Shown one piece after another: positions 55,952 through 62,606 of a stretch of DNA of 64,000 bases; the first letter of the stretch is position 1, and every line of letters starts with the position of its first letter. The stretch is from assembly GCA_903854185.1 (NCBI GenBank), contig CAINVP010000114.1, positions 3,212 through 67,211 of the forward strand, written 5' to 3'. Below the pieces are notes generated by a model. That model made no database searches and was not told where the DNA came from. It saw nothing but the letters and a program-made list of their open reading frames with translations. The stretch comes from an uncultured Actinomycetes bacterium (GTDB taxonomy: Bacteria; Actinomycetota; Actinomycetes; Nanopelagicales; Nanopelagicaceae). A program made the position numbers and the translations under genes.

Positions 55952-56007
55952 AATTACTTCACAACCGGTACTGAACAAACTGGAACGGATGAAACGACCG
56001 GAACAGA

Positions 56008-56664
56008 TTAGACGACTGGCTTCGCCTTACGAGATGCGAGGACCTGATCGATGATTCCGTACTCAACAGCCTCTTGCGCAGTAAGAATCTTGTCGCGCTC
56101 AATGTCGCGAGCAATATCTTCTGCTGATTTTGTTGTGTGCTTTGCAAGCATCGTCTCAAGGAGCGAGCGCATACGCATGATCTCTGCTGCCTGAATTTCA
56201 ATATCGGAACCTTGTCCGCCACCCTCTGAATAAGGCTGGTGGATGAGCACGCGTGCATGCTCGAGCGCCATGCGCTTACCCTTCGCGCCACCTGCGAGCA
56301 GGATTGCAGCGGCAGATGCGGCTTGCCCAAGACAGATTGTCATGATGTCTGGGCGGACGAATTGCATGGTGTCATAGATTGCGGTGAGCGCTGTAAATGA
56401 ACCACCTGGTGAGTTGATGTACATGATGATGTCGCGATCAGTATCCATCGATTCAAGCGTCAGAATCTGTGCCATGACATCGTTTGCTACGGTGTCATCG
56501 ATTGCCTGACCCAAGAAGACGATGCGCTCTTCAAAGAGTTTTGTATAAGGGTCAAGGCGCTTGTAGCCGTATGCGGTCTTCTCTTCGATTGTAGGAAGAA
56601 CGTAACGTGACTGAATGTCGTTCACCTTTGCGAGGCGGTTCAATTCATTATTTGAGAAGTTCAT
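56008..56664 (-). CDS. clpP2: ATP-dependent Clp protease proteolytic subunit 2
   Basis: 218-aa ORF of the ClpP family (Ser-His-Asp context: [15 protein letters not shown]). It is the second of the tandem clpP genes after tig. Confidence 0.9.
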   Translation of the reverse strand: MNFSNNELNRLAKVNDIQSRYVLPTIEEKTAYGYKRLDPYTKLFEERIVFLGQAIDDTVANDVMAQILTLESMDTDRDIIMYINSPGGSFTALTAIYDTMQFVRPDIMTICLGQAASAAAILLAGGAKGKRMALEHARVLIHQPYSEGGGQGSDIEIQAAEIMRMRSLLETMLAKHTTKSAEDIARDIERDKILTAQEAVEYGIIDQVLASRKAKPVV

Positions 56665-57272
56665 GCTGTTCCTCCGCTACCTGATACCTGTGCGGCTGAG
56701 CGCACAACGTGATCGACAAAACCGTATTCCTTAGCTGCTTCTGCATCAAACCAACGATCGCGGTCAGAGTCAGAGACGATGGTCTCTTCTTTTTGGCCGG
56801 TGTGGAATGCGATGAGTTCTGCCATCTTCTTCTTCGTGAAGGACATCTGCTCTGCCTGAATCTTGATATCTGATGCTGTTCCGCCGATACCGCCGGATGG
56901 TTGGTGCATCATGATGCGGGCGTTAGGAAGTGCATAACGCTTTCCTGGTGCACCTGCACAGAGGAGGAACTGACCCATTGATGCAGCAAGACCCATCGCA
57001 ACAGTTGCGACGTCATTCTTGATGTACTGCATAGTGTCATAAATCGCCATACCGGCTGAGATAGATCCACCGGGTGAGTTGATGTAGAGGTAGATGTCCT
57101 TATCTGGATCCTCTGCAGCAAGAAGCAACATCTGAGCTGCGATGGCATTCGCCATGGAATCTTCAACGACTGATCCAAGGAAGATGATGCGTTCGCGAAG
57201 CAGGCGCTGATAAACCTGATCGTCCAAACCGCCCATACCTGATCCCGCTGAACGCGAGGTGATTATCTCCAC
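56661..57272 (-). CDS. clpP1: ATP-dependent Clp protease proteolytic subunit 1
   Basis: 203-aa ORF of the ClpP family ([15 protein letters not shown]). GTG at 57272 lies 6 nt after GAGAAGGG. An internal ATG (MGGLDDQ...) is an alternative start. Confidence 0.9.
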   Translation of the reverse strand: MEIITSRSAGSGMGGLDDQVYQRLLRERIIFLGSVVEDSMANAIAAQMLLLAAEDPDKDIYLYINSPGGSISAGMAIYDTMQYIKNDVATVAMGLAASMGQFLLCAGAPGKRYALPNARIMMHQPSGGIGGTASDIKIQAEQMSFTKKKMAELIAFHTGQKEETIVSDSDRDRWFDAEAAKEYGFVDHVVRSAAQVSGSGGTA

Positions 57273-57397
57273 GAAAGGCCCTTCTCTCGATTACCCGTGC
57301 TTGCCGATGAGACCTGCACTGAGAGCCGCCGCCGGTGGCTTTGGCTCCAGTATTGACCTTAACAATAAAAGCGTGTGAATGCTTCCCGAAAATGGTG

Positions 57398-57432
57398 ATT
57401 ATGCCCTCGGGAGCGTTCGCCCTGAGAGAAGC
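57398..57432 (-). promoter_or_regulatory. Candidate clpP1P2 promoter: ClgR-like operator plus -10-like hexamer
   Basis: The plus strand carries GTTCGCCCTGAGAGAAGC at 57415..57432. On the minus strand the motif is followed after 11 nt by CATAAT (57403..57398). It lies between the tig terminator and clpP1. Confidence 0.5.
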
Positions 57433-57468
57433 GGTGTGGAAATAGCCCACCTAGCGAAGAATGAGGCG

Positions 57469-57512
57469 AGAAAAGAAATAAGCCCAACCAAACCGAGCGA
57501 CTTGATTGGGCT
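57469..57512 (-). terminator. Intrinsic terminator after tig
   Basis: The minus strand reads AGCCCAATCAAG-tcgctcgg-TTTGGTTGGGCT (12-bp stem including G-U pairs), followed by TATTTCTTTTCT. Confidence 0.75.
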
Positions 57513-57534
57513 ACTTTCGATAAATCGTGGAAGG

Positions 57535-58818
57535 TTATTCAGCCTCAGCAGGTGTCTGCGGGCGAAGGGCCTCAAGATCAACGACCTTGCCAGACTTGGT
57601 GACAACCTTTGCGCGAGCAAGTGCGCCGGCCAATGCCTTTGCGCGAGTTACCTCGGCAACAACAGTATTGATCTGACCCGCTTCAGAGATCTCCTTGATG
57701 AACTGATCTGGAGATACCTGGTAGCGAGCTGCTGCACGAACGATGTACTCAGTGAGTTCGCCTTCGTTAACAGTCACTTGCTCGGCCTCAACAATCGCAT
57801 CCAGTAGGAGCTCTTGCTTCAAAGATTCAACAGTCTGATCAGTTACTTCCTTGCGATGCTCTTCATCCTCAAGGCGACCTTCCTTCTCAAGATGGTCATG
57901 AACTTCTTGCTCAATAATCTTTGTTGGGATTGGAATATTCACTGATGCATTCAACTTCTCCATGAGGAGATCGCGAGCATGTGAGCCTTGTTCCATCGCC
58001 TTGAAGCGTTCCATGCGTGTTGTGATATCTGCAGTGAGTTCTGCAAGAGTCTCAAACTCAGAAGATAGCTTTGCAAACTCATCATTTAACTCAGGAAGAT
58101 CGCGACGCTTAACAGCCTTCACCGTGGCAGCGATATCACCGGTCTCACCCTCGGCCATTCCAACAAGTGGTGCCTTGAAATCTTTATTCTCGCCAGCAGA
58201 TAGACCGATGAGTGCCTCATCAAGGCCTTCAATCATTGAAGAACTGCCAACTTCGTAAGAGATATCGCGAGCTACGCCGCCTTCGATCTCTTCGCCATTG
58301 ATTGTTGCAACGAGATCAAGAAGAACAAAGTCACCCTTCTCGACAACCTTCTCAACTGCAGTCAATGTTCCAAAGCGTGCACGGAGGCCATCAATCTGAT
58401 CTTGAATTTCAGTTTCAGAGACAACAACGTCATCAACTTCAAGAGTCATCTCAGAGAAATTTGGAAGTGAAAATTCAGGACGAACATCTACTTCAACATC
58501 GAAGACAAACTTCTCGTTATCGACGAGTTCTTTTACATCAACAACTGGGCGACCAAGTGGCTTTAACTTGTTCTCCATTGAAGCCTGTTGATAGAAGAAT
58601 GGAAGAGCTGCGCTGACCATCTCATCAAGAACTCCAGCACGACCAACGCGCTGATCGATCATTGCCTTAGGGACCTTGCCCTTACGGAAACCAGGAATGT
58701 TTACACGTGCGCTAATTGCATCGTATGCATTTGAAAGATGTGGTTGAAGTTCATCCCATGAAACTTCGACATTGATTCGGACACTTGTTTCGTTGATTTT
58801 CTCGACCGAGCTTTTCAC
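57535..58818 (-). CDS. tig: Trigger factor
   Basis: 427-aa ORF with a GTG start 4 nt after AGGAGAG. It has an N-terminal ribosome-binding domain and a central FKBP-like domain (GFRKGKVP motif). Confidence 0.95.
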   Translation of the reverse strand: MKSSVEKINETSVRINVEVSWDELQPHLSNAYDAISARVNIPGFRKGKVPKAMIDQRVGRAGVLDEMVSAALPFFYQQASMENKLKPLGRPVVDVKELVDNEKFVFDVEVDVRPEFSLPNFSEMTLEVDDVVVSETEIQDQIDGLRARFGTLTAVEKVVEKGDFVLLDLVATINGEEIEGGVARDISYEVGSSSMIEGLDEALIGLSAGENKDFKAPLVGMAEGETGDIAATVKAVKRRDLPELNDEFAKLSSEFETLAELTADITTRMERFKAMEQGSHARDLLMEKLNASVNIPIPTKIIEQEVHDHLEKEGRLEDEEHRKEVTDQTVESLKQELLLDAIVEAEQVTVNEGELTEYIVRAAARYQVSPDQFIKEISEAGQINTVVAEVTRAKALAGALARAKVVTKSGKVVDLEALRPQTPAEAE

Positions 58819-58860
58819 ATCTCTCCTAAATGAGTTTTGAATGGAGGTTTTTAGAACTAC

Positions 58861-58936
58861 TGGTCGGGGCGGGGAGATTCGAACTCCCGGTCTCCTGCTC
58901 CCAAAGCAGGCGCGCTAGCCACTACGCTACGCCCCG
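58861..58936 (-). tRNA. tRNA-Pro (anticodon TGG), CCA encoded
   Basis: The minus strand reads CGGGGCG-TA-GCGT...GCGC-G-CCTGC-TTTGGGA-GCAGG-...-GGGAG-TTCGAAT-CTCCC-CGCCCCG-A-CCA. The cloverleaf was folded by hand; 76 nt. Confidence 0.9.
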
Positions 58937-59052
58937 TGGCGTGAGTGAGAAGTCTAAGGGTTCGTTTTGAGTTCTCCTAACCAAACCAAGTAACCTAGCC
59001 CCCTCAGGAAGTGATGCCCCTTACATGGGCGGACCCCCTGCCGCATGAATAT

Positions 59053-59126
59053 GCGGGTGTAGCTCAATGGTAGAGCCCCAGCCTTCCAAGCTGGCCATGC
59101 CGGTTCGATCCCGGTCACCCGCTCCA
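59053..59126 (+). tRNA. tRNA-Gly (anticodon TCC), CCA encoded
   Basis: GCGGGTG-TA-GCTC-AATGGTA-GAGC-C-CCAGC-CTTCCAA-GCTGG-CCAT-GCCGG-TTCGATC-CCGGT-CACCCGC-T-CCA. The cloverleaf was folded by hand; 74 nt. Confidence 0.9.
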
Positions 59127-59137
59127 AGCTTTTTTTG

Positions 59138-60367
59138 TTAAAAAATAGTTCCGACTTCCTCAAAAAATGCGGTCCCCGAAAAGCTGATTTTGGACTGAGC
59201 CGTCCCCGTGCCTCCCAGCGTATCAATCACCATGATCTGGAGGCTCGAGGGGCTAGGTCCAATCTGAATAGTTCCTGCAATAGTTAATGAATGCCGGCTA
59301 GCCAAATCGTTATCCCCAAAGCCGAATTTCGAATAAGAGTGATTAACCTGGTAAGTCAATGTGTCAGAAGGATTATTTGCTGACAACTTTAGGATTAAAG
59401 GCGTAGCAGTCGACTGAATCCCTGCAACTCTGCCTGAAAGCAGTATTGAGAAAAAGTAGGACTTACCCGATATCAAACTGCCTATTGCTTTGCTCGATGA
59501 ACTCCCATTTATGTTAAGTGTTGATAATTCAAAGGCATCTACAGAAACCACTTGTATTGAAACCGGACCGACTGCGCCAGTTAATCCGATTGGGCCTTGG
59601 GGACCAACGCTGCCAGTTGAACCGGTTGCGCCTATTGAACCTTGAATTCCCTGATCGCCTTTAGGTCCGACGGCACCGGTTACTCCTGCTATTCCTTGGT
59701 CGCCTTTTGCACCTGTTGCTCCAGTTGCTCCAGTTGCTCCCGTTGCTCCCATTGCTCCCATTGCACCAACTGGACCCGTTGCACCTGTTGCTCCCGTTGC
59801 ACCTTGAACTCCTTGCTCACCTTTCGGACCAACTTCACCTTGTGCTCCTGCAGGACCAATAGGACCAACCGAACCTGCAACACCCGGTGCACCTGTGGCT
59901 CCTGGTGAACCTGCAACTCCCGGTGCACCTGTGGCTCCTGGTGCACCCGTCTCTCCTTTTTCTCCGCGTGGGCCGACGGGACCACTTGGACCTGCAATTG
60001 CAATTGGTGATTGCGATGAAACATTTGTTACACGATCTGCTGAACGACCCGCGACTCCTTGCGGGCCGACGGGACCAGCAACACCTTGTGCACCTTTCAA
60101 ACTTGTTGGAGCAGACCATCGCCCTGAACTCTTTGGTCCATACATGTTGTAAGTGTTGAGATCAATGTAGAAATCACCATTGGCACCAAGTGAAGAGGAT
60201 GGAACCCCAGTCCCATGGAGAATGGTGTTCACCACTTTCTGCGGAGTTCTTCCAGTTTTATTTAGAGCTGCTACTTTTTTAATTGCGGAGTGCGCACTCT
60301 CCGAAAAACTTCCGGTAACGGTGATGGCGGCCAATGAAGCCAAGAAAACGATAAATAACTTTCTCAT
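59138..60367 (-). CDS. Secreted bacterial collagen-like protein (signal peptide, N-terminal domain, Gly-X-Y triple-helix region, C-terminal beta-rich globular domain)
   Basis: 409-aa ORF. It has a signal peptide (MRKLFIVFLASLAAITVTG...AHSA). A short run of 5 G-X-Y triplets is followed by 48 uninterrupted G-X-Y triplets by my count (residues 126-269, nt 59561..59992), then a roughly 140-aa non-repetitive C-terminal domain. The stop lies 11 nt from the tRNA-Gly 3' end. Confidence 0.85.
   Translation of the reverse strand: MRKLFIVFLASLAAITVTGSFSESAHSAIKKVAALNKTGRTPQKVVNTILHGTGVPSSSLGANGDFYIDLNTYNMYGPKSSGRWSAPTSLKGAQGVAGPVGPQGVAGRSADRVTNVSSQSPIAIAGPSGPVGPRGEKGETGAPGATGAPGVAGSPGATGAPGVAGSVGPIGPAGAQGEVGPKGEQGVQGATGATGATGPVGAMGAMGATGATGATGATGAKGDQGIAGVTGAVGPKGDQGIQGSIGATGSTGSVGPQGPIGLTGAVGPVSIQVVSVDAFELSTLNINGSSSSKAIGSLISGKSYFFSILLSGRVAGIQSTATPLILKLSANNPSDTLTYQVNHSYSKFGFGDNDLASRHSLTIAGTIQIGPSPSSLQIMVIDTLGGTGTAQSKISFSGTAFFEEVGTIF
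59711..59800 (-). repeat. About ten tandem 9-nt units (consensus TCCMRTTGC on the plus strand) encoding GAT/GAM/GPV triplets
   Basis: Read directly from the sequence: acctgttgc tccagttgc tccagttgc tcccgttgc tcccattgc tcccattgc accaactgg acccgttgc acctgttgc tcccgttgc. Confidence 0.9.
59883..59954 (-). repeat. 36-nt tandem duplication inside the collagen-like region
   Basis: CCCGGTGCACCTGTGGCTCCTGGTG occurs at 59883 and again at 59919 (25 nt identical). It encodes the duplicated GATGAPGVAGS unit. Confidence 0.9.
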
Positions 60368-60641
60368 CGATACCCACTCTCAAGATTTTCAGGAGCAAAT
60401 TCTCGAAAAGAAGTGCGAGGAAAGTGAGTGGCCCAAGGACCCGAATAGCCGGGCTCTAGTAAAAATGCCGATCCCTCAGGCTGAGTGAGAACGTTCCGCG
60501 CATAATCCTCGAGCCAGACGCAAGAGTGCCCAAAACTCTAACCGCGTTCTCAGGTTAGGCTGGCTGTAACTTCAGGTTAGTGGAGTTATCTGCGGTTATC
60601 CGGATGTGAGGGCATCTGGCAAAGGCAGTACGGAGGGAATT

Positions 60642-61331
60642 ATGAAGAGAAGCAAATTAGTCGCTGGAGCACTTGTTGTTGCTCTCTCAGCAGGTTCATA
60701 CGGAATCGCTGAAGCGTCAACGAAGAAGTCATCCACAAAGGTTTCAACCAAGGCAACTCTAAGTGGCTTTGGCCCAATGGGTGTTGGTGCAGATAACGGA
60801 ATCAAGGTCGTTCTCGATGGACTCGTCACCAAGAACACCATCACTGCGGCACAAGAGACTGCAATCCTCGCAGCACTTGATGCAGCACGCCCAACGAATG
60901 TCGGACCAGATCACGCGGGTGGACCACTCGGTGTGAATCGCGCAGATATCTTGAAGGTAGTTGCAACAACACTTGGCACAGATACTGCGACAGTCAAGGT
61001 TCAGCTCCAGGCTGGAAAGACAATCGCCGATATCGCTGGTGCAAAGACTCAAGCAGTAATCGATGCAATCGTCTTGGCAGAAACAAAGGCAATTGATGCC
61101 GCTGTCACAGCTGGTTCAGTGACTGCTGCAAATGCAACAACAATTAAAGCTGGACTTGTTGCAAAAGTAACAGCAGAGGTTTCTCAAGTTCATCCTGGCG
61201 GATTCGGGCCTGCTGGAATGGGCAGAGGACGCGGCCATGGCGATAACGATGGAAAGCAAGGCGGGACGGGCGGAATGATGGGCGGAACTCCTCCACCACT
61301 CGGCGCACCCGGTTCTTCAACGAACGGTTAA
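60642..61331 (+). CDS. Secreted Ala/Thr/Val-rich protein of unknown function with a Gly-rich C-terminal tail
   Basis: The start is placed at ATG 60642, 5 nt after GGAGG and in frame within track ORF 60606..61331. The signal peptide is MKRSKLVAGALVVALSAGSYGIAEAS. The body is predicted helical, with recurring (I/V)TAAQ/TxAVIDA-type segments. The tail is GRGRGHGDNDGKQGGTGGMMGGTPPPLGAPGSSTNG. Confidence 0.6.
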   Translation: MKRSKLVAGALVVALSAGSYGIAEASTKKSSTKVSTKATLSGFGPMGVGADNGIKVVLDGLVTKNTITAAQETAILAALDAARPTNVGPDHAGGPLGVNRADILKVVATTLGTDTATVKVQLQAGKTIADIAGAKTQAVIDAIVLAETKAIDAAVTAGSVTAANATTIKAGLVAKVTAEVSQVHPGGFGPAGMGRGRGHGDNDGKQGGTGGMMGGTPPPLGAPGSSTNG

Positions 61332-61351
61332 TCCCGCTCGCAACAGTGACA

Positions 61352-61396
61352 CCGAAGGCCTCTATCTCAAAAGGTAGGGGCCTTTGGCTTTTCTTT
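61352..61396 (+). terminator. Intrinsic terminator after the secreted-protein gene
   Basis: CCGAAGGCCTCTATC-tcaaaa-GGTAGGGGCCTTTGG (15-bp stem including G-U pairs), followed by CTTTTCTTT. Confidence 0.7.
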
Positions 61397-61404
61397 GAGA
61401 AGAT

Positions 61405-61866
61405 ATGCCGGTGAAGATTCATATCGGTAGCGACCATGCAGGACTCGACTTTAAGAATAAAATCGTCGAGCACCTGACCTCGTTGGGCCACACAGTTCAA
61501 GATCATGGCCCGTATACCTATGACCCGCTTGATGATTACCCTGTCTTCTGCATTCCAGCGGCTGCCGCGGTTGTTGCTGAACCTGGCTCATTAGGAATTG
61601 TCTTAGGTGGTTCAGGCAACGGTGAACAGATTGCAGCTAACAAGGTAACCGGTGTTCGCGCCGCCCTTGTCTGGTCTGTCGAAACGGCAAAGCTTGCACG
61701 TGAACATAACAACGCCAATGTCATGGCAATTGGTGGGCGGATGCATACCGAGGAGTTCTCGCTAGAACTTGTTGATACCTTTATCGCGACGCCTTTTCCT
61801 GGCGACGAACGCCATGTACGCCGTATTAACATGGTGAGCAAATACGAAGAGACTGGTGCGCTCTAA
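61405..61866 (+). CDS. rpiB: Ribose-5-phosphate isomerase B
   Basis: 153-aa ORF with IHIGSDHAGLDFK and GSGNGEQIAANK motifs of RpiB/LacAB. GTG at 61411 is an alternative start. Confidence 0.9.
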   Translation: MPVKIHIGSDHAGLDFKNKIVEHLTSLGHTVQDHGPYTYDPLDDYPVFCIPAAAAVVAEPGSLGIVLGGSGNGEQIAANKVTGVRAALVWSVETAKLAREHNNANVMAIGGRMHTEEFSLELVDTFIATPFPGDERHVRRINMVSKYEETGAL

Positions 61867-61872
61867 CACTTC

Positions 61873-62529
61873 TTACTTTTTAAAGTACTTCATATCTGTC
61901 ACGGTGTGGCCCTTGCGCAGACCTTGACCTTCAAACTTTGAAATAGGTCGCCACTCAGGGCGCGCTATCACTCCACCCTCGAAGAGCGTGCTCTCAGAAA
62001 ATACTCGCTGCATCCATTCGACATATTCAATCCAGTCAGTTGCAATATGGATATAGCCACCATCAACTATTTTGGGATGTATCAATTCGAGGAACTGTGC
62101 CTGAATGATTCGACGCTTCCAGTGTCTTGCCTTAGGCCATGGATCGGGAAAGTAGAGGTGAATGGCGTCGAGAGAGCCATCGGGGATTGAGTGGCTCAAA
62201 ATCATGTGGGCATCTTCTTCAATGATCCGTAGATTCTCAGAACCGTTTGCACTCGCCAAGTTCATGAGCGCACCAATTCCGGGCTTGTGAACCTCCACCG
62301 CAATAAATCCAGTGTCTACAAACGAGGCAACAATCTTCGCCGTAGCCTCACCCATACCTGTGCCGATCTCCATGATGCGTCGTGAGGCATCTGGGAAGAT
62401 AACAGCAGGGTCTATGACCCCAACCGGCTCGAGGCCATACTTTGGCCATAAGCGCTCGTACGCCATTTCTTGGGCGAGGGTCGCCCGAGCGCCACGTAGC
62501 CTATAACTGCGATTTACCGGGCGCTCCAT
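61873..62529 (-). CDS. trmB: tRNA (guanine46-N7)-methyltransferase
   Basis: 218-aa ORF with SAM-binding EIGTGMGE and FPDPWPK motifs. It converges on rpiB with only 6 nt between the stop codons. Confidence 0.85.
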   Translation of the reverse strand: MERPVNRSYRLRGARATLAQEMAYERLWPKYGLEPVGVIDPAVIFPDASRRIMEIGTGMGEATAKIVASFVDTGFIAVEVHKPGIGALMNLASANGSENLRIIEEDAHMILSHSIPDGSLDAIHLYFPDPWPKARHWKRRIIQAQFLELIHPKIVDGGYIHIATDWIEYVEWMQRVFSESTLFEGGVIARPEWRPISKFEGQGLRKGHTVTDMKYFKK

Positions 62530-62606
62530 AATCGGTAGGTTACCTCTCTAGAGAAGAATCGTTAACATTCTTAAATACTCACCAGAACCCAAATCTCGGA
62601 GGAACC

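Noticed and set aside
58954-59226. 90-aa minus-strand ORF between tRNA-Pro and the collagen-like gene.
   Set aside because: It runs straight through tRNA-Gly on the opposite strand and into the 3' end of the collagen-like gene. It is an artefact of the ORF caller.
59138-59560. Compositional anomaly of the collagen-like gene as evidence of horizontal transfer.
   Set aside because: My hand count over 400 nt of the C-terminal domain gave about 44% GC. Spot samples of housekeeping genes gave 43-52%. The difference is too small and too poorly sampled to be used as evidence.
59561-59992. Short tandem repeats (collagen gene, and 43022..43093 in rne) as a possible CRISPR or minisatellite array.
   Set aside because: The units are 9-36 nt, contiguous without spacers, in frame, and entirely inside ORFs. 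They are coding repeats, not CRISPR.
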